Below are positions 1 to 12,232 of a stretch of DNA of 64,000 nucleotides, one piece after another. The notes under the pieces were generated by a model. The model did no database searches. It had not been told where the DNA came from and was given only the letters and a program-made list of their open reading frames with translations. The stretch lies in assembly GCF_009914755.1 (NCBI RefSeq), contig NC_060925.1; one strand, 5' to 3'. The DNA comes from the human T2T-CHM13v2.0 reference genome, Homo sapiens. The number at the start of each line of letters is the position of its first letter. Position 1 is the first letter of the stretch. Made by a program: the position numbers and the translations under genes.

Positions 1-100
1 GGGTTACTTTAGTTTTGGATTAGGGGGGTCAAAATCCTCCTCTTAGAAATTTTCCTATGCACGTTGATTTTCATCTGTGAAACGGAATGATAGCACCTTC

Positions 101-158
101 AGGAGCCACTGCATACCACCTCATGAGTGAGGAGTCACTGCATACTACCTCATGAGTG
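101..158. repeat. 29-bp tandem duplication (2 copies)
   Basis: aggagccactgcataccacctcatgagtg (101-129) followed by aggagtcactgcatactacctcatgagtg (130-158); 2 mismatches. Confidence 0.9.
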
Positions 159-2664
159 CTGCCCTTTGCAACTCCGGGAGCCCATTCCTGAGACTACCCC
201 CAGGTCCAGTGAGGTGGAGCTGAGAGCAGACATAGCCCAGCCCCCTGCAGTCTCCACAGCCTGCTTTGCACCAGTGGGGTGACCCTGACAATTGGGCAAA
301 GTGATGACTCCCTGCTTCCATCACATGAGCTCCCCTTAAAATCAGGACCTAGACTGAACTAGGTGTGCTTACCACCTAGAGGCAGGAGCTGAAGGAGGAG
401 CCCCTATCTCTGGACAGGGAAACCAGAAAGAGAGCCCAGAAGGGCTGGACACCCCAACTCCCACCCCTTCCCCAGAGCTCAACAGTCAGATGTCCTGGAA
501 GAGGGCAATGGCAATGTTCCCAACACATCAAAAAAACAGTAAAATACTGCTATTTTATGGGTCCAACAGGAAGACCGAGAGAAGAAGAAACTGTGTCCCC
601 AGGAGCCTCCTGGGCAGCTCTCAATGACATAGAATGGCCATTCTTCGTCAGCACCTACCTGATAGGTCGAATGTTCTGACTCATTTTTGGCCAAGCTCAC
701 CACATTTTAGGAAGTTTCCTCCCTGGATTTCAGGCCTCCTTGGATCCGAGAGGGAGCTGCGTTGCAAGGAAAGATAGCTCGTACATTTGTATCTGCATTT
801 AAAACAACTCCCAAGGGGTTAAAATCCAATTACCGCCTGAATGGAACTCTGCTTCTCCATTCTCAATTAATTACCAGCACTCCCATTTTGCACCTCTTAT
901 TTCTTCCCTTCACATTTTCCCAGAATACGAAAATTGCTGTGCAAATCATTTTAGTTGAGAAAAAGAAGTGGGTAAAGATATTTATCTTGGGTTAAGGAGG
1001 TCAGCTCCACATCCTGTTGGAGTAGGAGGGATGGTCCATGATCCACAGGCGTGGACGTGGAGAAAATGGGAAGCAAGGAGACCTCAAGGCAGGGACTGCC
1101 CTGGTAACAGACCCCGCGGAGATGGGTTTCTAGTCTGTGCATCAGGAGACTCAGAAAGGCAAGGATAAACACTATTGCTCCAGAAGCAGGAAAATGGCGG
1201 AAGACAGTGAAGCATGGGCTCTGCTGCATCTCTGTCCTAGGCTTTGGAATGCAGCACCGGGCTGTCCTCACAGACTTCACCTCCTACTTACTCTTTGTTC
1301 AAGCTAACGCAAGTGTGAGTTCTGCTCCCTGAGCACACACTGGCTGATGCGTTGAAGCAGGCCACCTGGCAGGGGAAGCTTCTGGGGTGAAAAGTGTGCC
1401 AAGAATAGCCCGTCAAGGGCAAGCATCACGTAGAGAGGATCAATAATCCACTGGCCGCAAGTCCCGCTCCTCCTTGTGTCTGCAGAGTAGAGGGGAAGGG
1501 TGGTCAGTGAGGTCACAAAAGACAAAGAAAGGATGGGGCGTCTGGGGCAGGTGTGGACGACTTTCCTAAGTCAGGAACATGGCGCTGGTGAAAACTCAGG
1601 AGGTTCTCTCGGGAGAACTGACGACCACATTGCCAGGCACTCAGCACACAGGCAATCAGCACCAGCTCTCTGGAACATCTCAGCGTAGGAGCTGCAAGAC
1701 AGGCATGCCCGGGTCTGTCTTCTACGACAGACCCAGGGCACAGCCCAGCCACATTCAGCCACAGGCACACAGGAGCTCTCTCCTCCAGGGATGGGAGTAG
1801 ATGGGAAGTGGATTCCTGGCCTTGGGTTTCTCCTTGTCTCTGTGGTTTGAGAACATAAGATTCTCACTTTCCCAGAATCCCTGGCTGGACAACTGGTCTT
1901 TCCAAGAGTCTGGATGAGGGATGAGCCAAGGGAAGGAAATGAGATGGAAGAGAAATAACCTCCAGGGGGCCAATCGGATCTAGGATTCTCCGGGGCAACT
2001 GTCTGGACCAGATCAGAAGAAGAGGAAGGCAATCAGTGAGCATCTCCTAGGAACTGGACTAAACACCCCTCCACGGATGGCTCCTTCAACGCTCGTGAAG
2101 ATGATGACACCACAGGAGGGGGGCTTTTAACCCCCCCAAAATGAGGAATCACAGAGGGAGTGCTTGGGAGACTTGTGCAGCCCACAGGTAGGCCGTGGTG
2201 GAGGGAGGATTGGAAAGCAAGACTGTGATCTCTGAGCATTTTCTCTACCCCATTCTGCCTCCCAAAGATGTAAGCCCAAGGAGGTGAGGGCATGAGAGCC
2301 GGTGTGTGCAGAGAGACCGCAGAGCCACAGGGCTGGGCATTCTTCTTCCTGGACATCCCCTGGCCCCACTGGGAATGGCCTTGGAGCCCCCCAGGGGATC
2401 TCCACATCACCCCTGCAGCCACCTGTCCATCTTCAGGTGTCCAGAATGCAGAGGAACCTCAGGGGCAGTCAGTGCCAAACATCAGCCTCCCAGGACTCCA
2501 GATCCCAGGGTGGCTGAGGCCTTCCTGAGAGGAGAGAGCCCCCATCAGCGTGGCTCACAGCCCATGGAGCGGCTCCAGAGCCACTGTCCCGAGGACTTGC
2601 AGGCTGTTTTTGGTTTTCAGAGTCACTTCTCCAGCTCTTCTGCAAACGCAGAACAAATTTAGAG

Positions 2665-2890
2665 CTGCTATTTATTGCTTACAATGTGCCCAGACATTTT
2701 GCAATTATTTTATTCAATTCTTATGATAATGCTGTGAGTTAGGTATATTATTCCTATTTTATTTTATTATTTTATTTTACATTTGAGGAAACTGAGGTCC
2801 AGGGATGAAAAAATAAACTAATAAGTGAGAGGGTGAGCAGTAGAGTCCAGGTCTGTCTTATTCCAAATACATGCCCATCACCATTTGGCC
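2665..2890 (-). mobile_element. MIR SINE, degenerate
   Basis: ttttacatttgaggaaactgaggtccagg matches the reverse MIR core; boundaries approximate. Confidence 0.7.
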
Positions 2891-2917
2891 ACACTTCAGT
2901 ACTGTGTAGATCTCTTA

Positions 2918-3278
<361 letters not shown>

Positions 3279-4649
3279 TCACATTTGCAAATTGTATAAA
3301 TATGAGTGTGTATATATTCTATACATACATGTATACTGTATATTCATAAGTATGTATACACATTATACATATCATATAAAATAAACAAATACCTTTTCAT
3401 TTAGGTATACACGTTTATTTCTCTAGAGATTCAGTTTAGACAGCAGAATGATATTATATTGCTTAGATAGCTTGAGCATTTTAACTCAAATTATTTTTAT
3501 AATGATGTTACTTCAATAAGCAGAATTAATAAAGCTAGGTATAAACTGCTGATGATTATAGCTCTTATGCAACTATAGAAACAAAATAAATTTACAATTC
3601 AAATACAAGCAAAACCATAAAAATAATAAAATTCAAATTAACATCACAAAGGTGACGGATGCTGCTGTTGGCTGAAACCAAATAGCCTGTGTTGGGTGAG
3701 AAAGGGGTCTTGGTGTAGCCTACGTTTGATAAATCAGCTTGGGTCTTTTGCTTTTGAGCATGATGGACCACCAATTAATTCATCATTAACATTGTTTTTG
3801 CTTTCTTTTTTAACAATGCATTCATTTTTAACCATTGATCTGTTATTTTCATGGACCCATCAATTTAAACAAGGCAACACAACATTCATTATTGAAAGAA
3901 GACATCTTTAAATATGGTTTAACTTGGAATTCTTGCTTAACGGAGCCAAGTAGATCCAGGTGAGACTTGTGTTGGCTTCAGAGACGTGCCTAAGAGCCAG
4001 GGCAGTGATTTTCATTCCATGGGTCACTGTGAGGCCCTCAATCTCCTGTCTTTCTTTTTTGTCTGTGCTCTTATCCAGGCCACAGCAAGCGGGGTGCCTT
4101 TCACTGAACCCTAACGACATGGAAAATGCACGCAATGCAGGAACGGAGACCCCCGTTCAGTGTGAAACTGCCATCCTAGAGGATGCAGATGGCCCTCCTT
4201 GTTCTAGGTTGCAATTAATTGAAAACACATTGTTTATAAAGGGCTCTGTGAACTTCTGAGGCTCCTCGGATACCTCTGCAGCCCCTTCTCCTGCACACGC
4301 CTGAGTCTGAGAAATACTGCTTTGTGCCGGGAGGCATAGCAAGTTGCGAATTGCCTCAAAGCTTGCTCCAGAACTTCCAGCAGGTGTCCAGGGACAGAAA
4401 GAGAACATTCGAAATTCAGCTCCCGAGGCATCTTGCTGGAGTGTTTGTTACAGATGCTTTCCTGCATAACAATATGGCTCTAATTAGACATAAAAGGGGG
4501 GTCGCTATGGTGGGCATCCCGGCCTGGCTGTGGCTCTGCTGTCTGCTACTTGGAGTCGCGTCGGGAGACTGGGGTAGGAAGCACAGGCTGGTGAATGGAC
4601 TGTGGGCTCCATTATCCAACCAAGGAACTTAGCCAACTGACACCTCCCC

Positions 4650-5021
4650 TATCAATAGGGCTGCTTGGGCTGCTGCAAACACCCTAGGTTGTGGGCTTAG
4701 ACAAGACATGTATCATCTCACAGTTCGGAGGTTGGCAGTCTGAGGTCAAGGTGCCACATGGCTGGTTCCTTCTCTCCTTGGCTTGCAGACGCCTGTCTTC
4801 TTCCTGTGCCCTCACATGGTCGTCTCTCTGTGTGTCTGTGTCCTAATCTCCTCTTCTCATAAGGACAACAGTCCTATTGAGTTAGGGCCCACCCTAATGA
4901 CCTCAATTTGATGTACTGACCTCTTTAAAGATCCTATCTCCATACACAGTCACATCCTCAGGCACAGGGGTCTAGGACTTTAATACATAAATTTGGAGGG
5001 CACACAATTTGGTCCATAACA
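4650..5021 (-). mobile_element. MLT1B-like MaLR solo LTR
   Basis: tgtgtctgtgtcctaatctcctcttctcataaggac, gggcccaccctaatgacctc and terminal cacaatttggtccataaca match reverse MLT1B. Confidence 0.85.
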
Positions 5022-5969
5022 GTGGGTGACAGACCCCTGACACCTGCTTGACAGATAGCTCCCAACAGCCGACCACAATGTCTCCTTTTGGAGGGGGTGG
5101 CTACACTACCGTGTGACTTGAGATGCCATCCATTGGAAGGAGGTGCTGGGTTACGCCTGAGAGGCTCAGAACCGTCCCAGTGAATCAGAGCCTCTTCTGC
5201 ACACAGTGGCCATTAGTAGTCTAAGCACACGAAAAGGAAATCTAAGCATTTCTCTAATTACTGCAGGTTAATTAGTTCTCCTCACCATTTTAGGAAAGAA
5301 GAACCACTTGAGTACAACATAAGTCACTGAAATCCACTCTCTACCTGGCACAGGCTGGTGGGAGGAGGGCTCTCCAAGAGTGAGGATGCCAGCAGTCCCT
5401 GCTTCCCTGCTTTCCCCTGAATCTAAAGGGGTTGGACAGTCCTGACGCAGTGTTGACAATGCTGAACACGTGAGGGAAGATGGGGGGGAGCGGGCGGTGG
5501 TGTAGCCATTGCCCCAAGATGGGGGCAAGGGGCTTAAACACATTTTTCAAAGCAGATTCCCAAAGGCTGGGTCAGAATTGCCAGGAACAGAGGGAGAAGT
5601 TTATTGCTGTTGCCTATTATGCCATCCCCACCTCTCATCCCAGAGCAGGGAAATGAAGCTGACTTGCCAGAGACTGTCTCCACATCCCCACTCATCACGA
5701 GGCCCAGGCTGACCCGCTGAACCATGGTCTGGCAGCAGACCCAGTTCTCAATACCAGCTTCCCCTGTCATCAGCTGGTTCCAGGAGTCCACGGGAGCATC
5801 AGGGTTTATAAAATGCTCCCCAAGGAACACAAACTGAGGTGGTAGGAGGGGACAGGTGGTGGGGGTTCTGACTCAAGTGCCATAATAAGCTCTCCAAGGT
5901 TGAGTAGATTTTCTTGAATGAATGCTTCTTCATTTGCTGTGTGCCCTTAGGACAATTTTCCAGAGCATA

Positions 5970-6040
5970 TGTGTGTGTGTGTGTGTATGTGTGGTGTGTG
6001 TGGTGTCTGTGCGTGTGGTGTGGTGCGTGTGTAGTGTATG

Positions 6041-6071
<31 letters not shown>

Positions 6072-8616
6072 GTATGTGTGTGTGGTGTGTGTGTGGTATG
6101 TGAGTGTGGTGTGGTGTTTGTGTAGTGTGTGGTGTGTATGTGGTGTGTGTGGTGTGTGGTGGGTGTATAGTGTGTGGTGTCTATGTGGTGTGTGTGTGGT
6201 GTGTGTGGGTGTGTGTGTGTAGTGTGTGGTGTGTGTATGTGTGGTGTGTGTGGTGTGTGTGTATGTGGTGTGTGTGTGTAGTGTGTGTATGTGGTGTGTG
6301 TGGTGTATGTGGTGTGTGTGTGGTGTGTGTAGTGTGTGGTGTGTGTATGTGGTGTGTGTGTAGTGTGGTGTGCGTGTGTGGTGTGTTCATGTGTGGTGTG
6401 GTGTGTGTGTGTATGTGGTGTTTGTGTGGTGTGTGTGTAGTGTGGTGTGTGGTGTGTTCATCTGTGTGTGTATGTGGTGTGTGTGTGGTGTGTGTGGTGT
6501 GTGTGGTGTGTGTGGTATGTGTGTGTAGTGTGTGGTGTGTGTATGTGGTGTGTGTGTGGTGTGTGTGTAGTATGGTGTGGGTGTGTGGTGTGTTCATGTG
6601 TGGTGTGGTGTGTGTGTGTATGTGGTGTTTGTGTGGTGTGTGTGTGGTGTGTTCGTCTGTGTGTGTATGTGGTGTGTGTGTGGTGTGTGTGTGTATGTGA
6701 TGTGTGTGTGATGTGTGGGGGGGCTGTGGTGTGTGTGTAGTGTATGTGATGTGTGGTGCCTGTGTGTGTGTATGTGGTGTGTGTGTGGTGTGGGGGGGGT
6801 GTGGTGTGTGTAGTGTATGTGGTGTGTGGTGCGTGTGTGTGTGGGGGTGTGGTGTGTGTATAGTGTGTGGGGTGTGTGTGTGGTGTGTGTGGTGTGTGTG
6901 GAGTATGTGTGTGTAGTGTGTGGTGTGTGTGTTTGTGGTGTGTGTGGTGTGGTGTGTGTGTAGTGTGTGGTGTGTGGGGGGGGTGTGTGTAGTGTGTGGT
7001 GTGTGTATGTGGTGTGTGTGTGTGGTGTGTGTGTAGTGTGTGGTGTGTGTATGTGGTTTGTGTGGTGTGTTTGTGTAGTGTGTGGTGTGTATGTGGTGTG
7101 TGTGTGGTGTGTGTGGTGTGTGTGTGGTGTGTGTGGTATGTGTGTGTGGTGTGTGTGGTGTGTGGGGGGTATGTGTGTGTAGTGTGTGGTGTGTGTGTTT
7201 GTGGTGTGTGTGGTGTGTGGTGTGTGTGTAGTGTGTGGTGTGTGTGGGGGGTGTGTGTAGTGTGTGGTGTGTGTATGTGGTGCGTGTGTGGTGTGTGTGT
7301 GTAGTGTGTGTTGTGTGTATGTGGTTTGTGTGGTGTGTGTGTGTAGTGTGTGTTGTGTGTTTGGCATGTGTGGTGTGTATGTGGTGTGTATGTGGTGTGT
7401 GTGTGGTGTGTGTGGTATGTGTGTGTAGTGTGTGGTGTGTGTGTGGTGTGTGTAGTGTGTAGTGTGTGTGTGGTGTGTGGTGTGTTCGTGTGTAGTGTGT
7501 GGTGTGTGTGTATGTGGTGTGTGTGTGTGGTGTGTGTGTGTATGTGATGTGTGTGGTGTGTGTGGGGGGGTGTGGTGTGTGTGTAGTGTATGTGGTGTGT
7601 GGTGCGTGTGTGTGTGGTGTTTGGGGAGTGTGGTGTGTGTGTAGTGTGTGGTGTGTGTATGTGGTGCGTGTGTGTGGTGTGTGTGTGGTGTGTGTGTGTA
7701 GTGTGTGTGTAGTGTGTGTGTGTTGTGTGTGTAGTGTGTGGTGTGTGTATGTGGTTTGTGTGGTGTGTGTGTAGTGTGTGGTGTGTGTGTGGCGTGTGTG
7801 GTGTGTATGTGGTGTGTGTGGTATGTGTGTGTAGTGTGTGGTGTGTGTGTGTGGTGTGTGTGTGGTGCGTGTGTGTGTGTGGTGTTTGGGGAGTGTGGTG
7901 TGTGTGTAGTGTATGTGGTGTGTGCTGCGTGTGTATGTGTGGTGTTTGGGGAGGTGTGTGGTGTGTGTAGTGTATGTGCTGTGTGGTGTGTGTGTGTATG
8001 TGGTGTGTGTGTGGTGTGTGGAGGGTGTGGTGTGTGTAGTGTATGTGGTGTGTGGTGCGTGTGTGTGTGTGTGTGGTGTGTGTGTGGTGTGTGTGGTGTG
8101 TGTGGGGGTGTGTGGTGTGTGTGTAGTGTATGTGGTGTGTGGTGCGTGTGTGTGTGTGGTGTTTGGGGGGGTGTGTGGTGTGTGTGTAGTGTATGTGGTG
8201 TGTGCTGCGTGTGTGTGTGTATGTGATGTGTGTGTGGTGTGTGTGGGGGGGTGTGGTGTGTGTAGTGTGTGTGTGGTGTTTGGAGGGGTGTGTGGTGTGT
8301 GTAGTGTGTGTGGTGTGTGCTGCGTGTGTGTGTGCGTGTGTGGGGGGGTGGTGTGTGTAGTGTGTGGGGTGTGTGTGGTGTGTGTGTGGTGTGTGTGGGG
8401 TATGTGTGTGTAGTGTGTGGTGTGTGTGGTGTGTGGTGTGTGTGGGGGGTTGTGTGTAGTGTGTGGTGTGTGTATGTGGTGCGTGTGTGTGGTGTGTGTG
8501 TGGGGGTGTGTGGTGTGTGTGTAGTGTATGTGGTGTGTGGTGCGTGTGTGTGTGTGGTGTTTGGGGGGTGTGTGGTGTGTGTAGTGTGTGTGGTGTGTGC
8601 TGTGTGTGTGTGTGTG

Positions 8617-8660
<44 letters not shown>
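5970..8660. repeat. ~2.7 kb interrupted (TG)n/(TGTGG)n simple-repeat array
   Basis: Almost only G and T on the + strand; pure (GT)14 at 6041-6068 and (GT)20 at 8621-8660; recurring blocks such as gtgtagtgtgtggtgtgtgtatgtgg. Confidence 0.98.
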
Positions 8661-8662
<2 letters not shown>

Positions 8663-9625
8663 TTCTGACCTGCTTTGCTTGTTTTGCAGAGGAGCAAGCC
8701 CATGTAGCTCCCAGGCTGCTCTTTTGGACGTGGAGCTCCTGCAGCCACCTTCAGACTGAGGCCTCTGCCTTCTTTAACAACATCGCATGGAGCCAAAAGG
8801 TAGAAAATAGGCGTGCAAACAGTGAGGATGCGGGTCTTATAGGCTGCAGAGACCACCTGTGATGAGACCCTAATAGAGAACGGAATTGGAACAGGGAATG
8901 ACAGAAAGCAGGCAGAGGCTTCCCGTTAAACGTGATGGATGGAGCACACATACTTATCACAGCTCCCTCCGCAAATGCACCAGAATTACAACACAGGGAT
9001 AAAAGAAGCGTAAACACACAAGGACAAAGAAATCCAGTGAGGATATTTCGGAGGACTGAGCTGACAAAGCTTGGGAGAAAAAAAGCAGATGATAAAACGG
9101 TGACAAGCTTAGCCTAGCAGGAAAACGGCGATCTAAGCCTGCAGGGGAAGAAGGAAACAGGAGGAGGTGGACCCATTTGTCTCAAAGGCTCCTAGAAAAG
9201 CTCTGAGATCCCAGGTACCAGGTGATGCTCAGGTAGGGAGGAAAATAGAAAAGAAAAAGCTGAAAATTCAGGGATGGGTTTGCGCAGGAGCAGTTCAGCC
9301 CCAAGACTGCCCCTGGCCACCTGTAATCAAGGGACCGTCCATCTCCTCTCCCAGCTAAAATGGAGGGTCCTGGTCTGGAGGAGGTGGCATATCTGAGAAC
9401 AAGGATAAAACACGGAACTGAAAATAGTGCAAGTCTGCATGCTGGGCAGGGAAGGCCCATACCACCCCCCTGTCTGCTCCCTGAGTGTTGAAGACCAAGC
9501 CCATAACCCCAGACATCAGACACTTTCCCAGGAAGGCCAACAGGCTCACCCATGTGGCCAGCCAGGTCAGCCATGGGGACCTCAGCTGGAAGCAGCTCCC
9601 AGATCTTCCATGGGATGTGAGGGTC

Positions 9626-9923
9626 TTTTTTTTTTTTTTTTGAGATGGAGTTTTGCTCTTGTTGCCCAGGCTGGAGTACAATGGTGCAATCTCAGCTCAC
9701 CGCAACCTCTGCCTCTGGGGTTCAAGCAACTCTCTGCCTCAGCCTCCCAAGTAGCTGGGATTATAGGCATGCACCACCATACCTGGCTAATTTTGTATTT
9801 TTTAATGGAGATGGGGTTTCTTCATATCGGTCAGGCTGGTCTTCAACTCCTGACCTCAGGTGATCTGCCTGCCTCGGCCTCCCAAAGTGCTGGAATTACA
9901 GGTGTGAGCCACCGCACCCAGCC
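9626..9923 (-). mobile_element. AluSp-like element
   Basis: Poly-T 9626-9641; gctcttgttgcccaggctggagtacaatgg and ctcaccgcaacc diagnostics; TSD tgagggtctttt at 9618-9629 and 9925-9936. Confidence 0.95.
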
Positions 9924-9989
9924 ATGAGGGTCTTTTATCTAGTATTTTTAATGTCGTTTTTGCACCTCACTCTTAAATATAACCACACA

Positions 9990-11170
9990 AATATTTTAGG
10001 AAAGCCTGTAACGTAAAAGTCAGAGCAGAACAAGCAAACACAGGGGAGAAACTCAGAGAAGACAGGAATCAGGCACAAAGCAGGAGAACGCTCCATGTGT
10101 GTAAAATTAATGACATCTGAGATATAAGGGAATATACTGTATCCTTGAAAGAACACGATGTTCTTCTCTAAAGAGGAGCACCTTCCGAAAATCAGGAAAG
10201 CTTTTAGAAATGAAAACCATGCGAGTAGAATTAACATTTGACTAGAAGGACAGGGAAATAAAGGGGAAGATATTTCTTGGGATTAGAACAGAAATATAAA
10301 GAGGTAGAAAATGGTCCAGAGAAGAAAATTAGAGGCTCAATCTGGGAGACCTAATGTCATATCCACAGGTGTTCCAGAAAAAGAATGAAAAAAAAAAATC
10401 GAGGGGAAGAAAATTTTCCAGAAAGAAAGGAGTTGTTTCTAAGCTGAAGAAACCAATTGAGAACCCAGAAAAAGGAGTGAAAAAGACCCACGCACACACC
10501 AGGGCACACAGTGATAGATATGCAGAGTGAGGGATTAAGAGATGACACTAAAAGCTCCCAGAAGGCAAGAGCGGGTTGCATCAAAACGGTGTTGCATCTC
10601 TCCTAGGATTTTGCAAGAATACCTTGAAAGTTCAGAAGGAAAATCTCTAGGCTAGATCACACCCAACTAAGCTATGAATCAAGCCCGAGGGTGCAATGTG
10701 AGTATTTCAGATTTGAGCCATCTCAAACTATTCAGCTCCCATAAGGTCCTTCAAACCTGGGTGCAAATCATCAAAGAAGACAGTTTCCCAGGGCGGTGAG
10801 GACGTTCCCGGGATGCCGGTGTCTGTGCAGCAGCTCTAGAGAACAATAGGTCCGTTGTGGAGGAGGAGGAAGGAGAAGTCAGGGGGCATATGGCCCAGAA
10901 AGAGAAACGTGGGCCGGCGAGACTAGCTGAGGCTTTGCTCCATAAAGCCAGTGACATTGCAGCTCTGGCTATAATCTCGGGGGGCAGTAGTGGAAGCAGC
11001 CTACAAACCTTGCAAAGGAAAGTCCTGTGGTTATTCTTCCTAGGGAAAGCGCAAAGTTGATCAGGAAAGGAAATGTAATCATAGAACTACTTTGTGGCTC
11101 AGCTGTGAATAATAATTACATAATTATGTAAATGTTGAATATTGATCTAACCACAAATTATGATACTGGG
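9990..11170 (+). mobile_element. HAL1 / ancient L1 ORF1-derived remnant
   Basis: A-rich sense strand with gaggctcaatctgggagacctaatgtc..ttccagaaa, aagacccac..accagggcaca and aggaaatgtaatcatag..ggctcagctgtgaata, as recalled for HAL1; may extend upstream across the Alu. Confidence 0.55.
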
Positions 11171-11193
11171 AGGAGCGGGGCAGGGAGCTGCAC

Positions 11194-12148
11194 GTGTGTG
11201 TGTCTGTGTGTGTGTCTCTGTGTCTGTGTATCTCTGTGTGTCTGTGTGTGTCTCTGTGTCTGTCTGTGTGTGTCTATGTGTGAATCTGTGTGTGTCTCTG
11301 TGTCTATGTCTGTGTCTGTGTGTATTTCTCTATGTCTGTGTATGTGTGTCTGTGTGTGTCTATGTCTGTGTGTGCCTGTATCTGTGTGTCTCTGTGTGTG
11401 TCTATGTCTGTGTGTATGTCTCTGTGTCTTGTCCCCATGTGTCTGTGTGTGCCTGTGTGTGTCTCTACGTGTGTGTCTGTGTCTGTGTGTATCTCTGTGT
11501 CTTGTCTCTGTGTGTGTCTCTATGTGTGTCTGTGTGCATTTCTCTATGTCTGTGTATGTGTGTCTGTGTGTGTCTATGTCTGTGTGTGCCTGTATCTGTG
11601 TGTCTCTGTGTGTGTCTATGTCTGTGTGTATGTCTCTGTCTTGTCCCCATGTGTCTGTGTGTGCCTGTGTGTATCTGTGTGTCTCTATGTGTGTGTCTGT
11701 GTCTGTGTGTATGTCTCTGTGTCTTGTCTCAGTTGTGCCTGTGTGTGTGTCTGTGTGTGTCTCTGTGTCTTCTCTGTGTGTATCTCTGTGTCTGTGTGTC
11801 TGTCTCTATGTGTCTGTGTCTCTTGTGTCTGTCTCTATGTGTGTCTATGTGTATCACTGCGTGTGTGTCTCTGTGTCTGTGTCTCTTTGTGTGTCTGTCT
11901 CTATGTCTGTGTGTGTGTCTGCCTGTGTGTCTGTCCCTGCATGTGTATGTGTATCTCTGTGTCTGTGTGTGTGTGTCTGTGTGTGTGTCTGTGTGTGTCT
12001 TTGTGTCTGTCTCTATGTCTGTGTGTGTGTCTCTATGTGTTTATCTTTGTGTATTTGTGTGTGTCTCTGTGTGTCTGTCTGTCTCTGTGTCTGTGTGTAT
12101 GTCTCTGTTTCTTGTCTCTGTTTGTATCTCTGTGTGTGTCTCTGTGTC
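11194..12148. repeat. ~950 bp (TGTGTC/TCTGTG)n low-complexity array with an internal ~213-bp higher-order duplication
   Basis: Block atttctctatgtctgtg...cttgtccccatgtgtc starts at both 11324 and 11538. Confidence 0.95.
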
Positions 12149-12232
12149 ACTTTAACTTGATTATATCTGCAATTTCCAAATAAGTTGCCATGCACCGGTA
12201 CTGGCAGTTAGGACTTCAATGCACCCATAACA
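12149..12232 (-). mobile_element. MLT1 (B/C-like) LTR terminal fragment
   Basis: tttaacttgattatatctgcaatttccaaataag...gttaggacttcaat..cccataaca resembles the reverse MLT1 5' end. Confidence 0.65.

Noticed and set aside
1300-2660. Cluster of overlapping 60-150-aa ORFs in GC-rich sequence
   Set aside because: Expected by chance at this GC content; no recognisable homology, no CpG island and no consistent exon structure.
6181-8856. 891-aa His/Thr/Pro-rich ORF on minus and many Val/Cys-rich ORFs on plus
   Set aside because: Products of the TG array; the CA-rich strand has almost no stop codons. No domain, promoter or codon structure.
9427-9927. 166-aa ORF and similar ORFs at 37218-37767 and 50687-50915
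   Set aside because: Largely Alu-derived translation.
11132-12183. 297-342-aa Cys/Val/Ser/Leu ORFs
   Set aside because: Open in all three frames because the TGTC repeat lacks stops; not keratin-associated or metallothionein genes.
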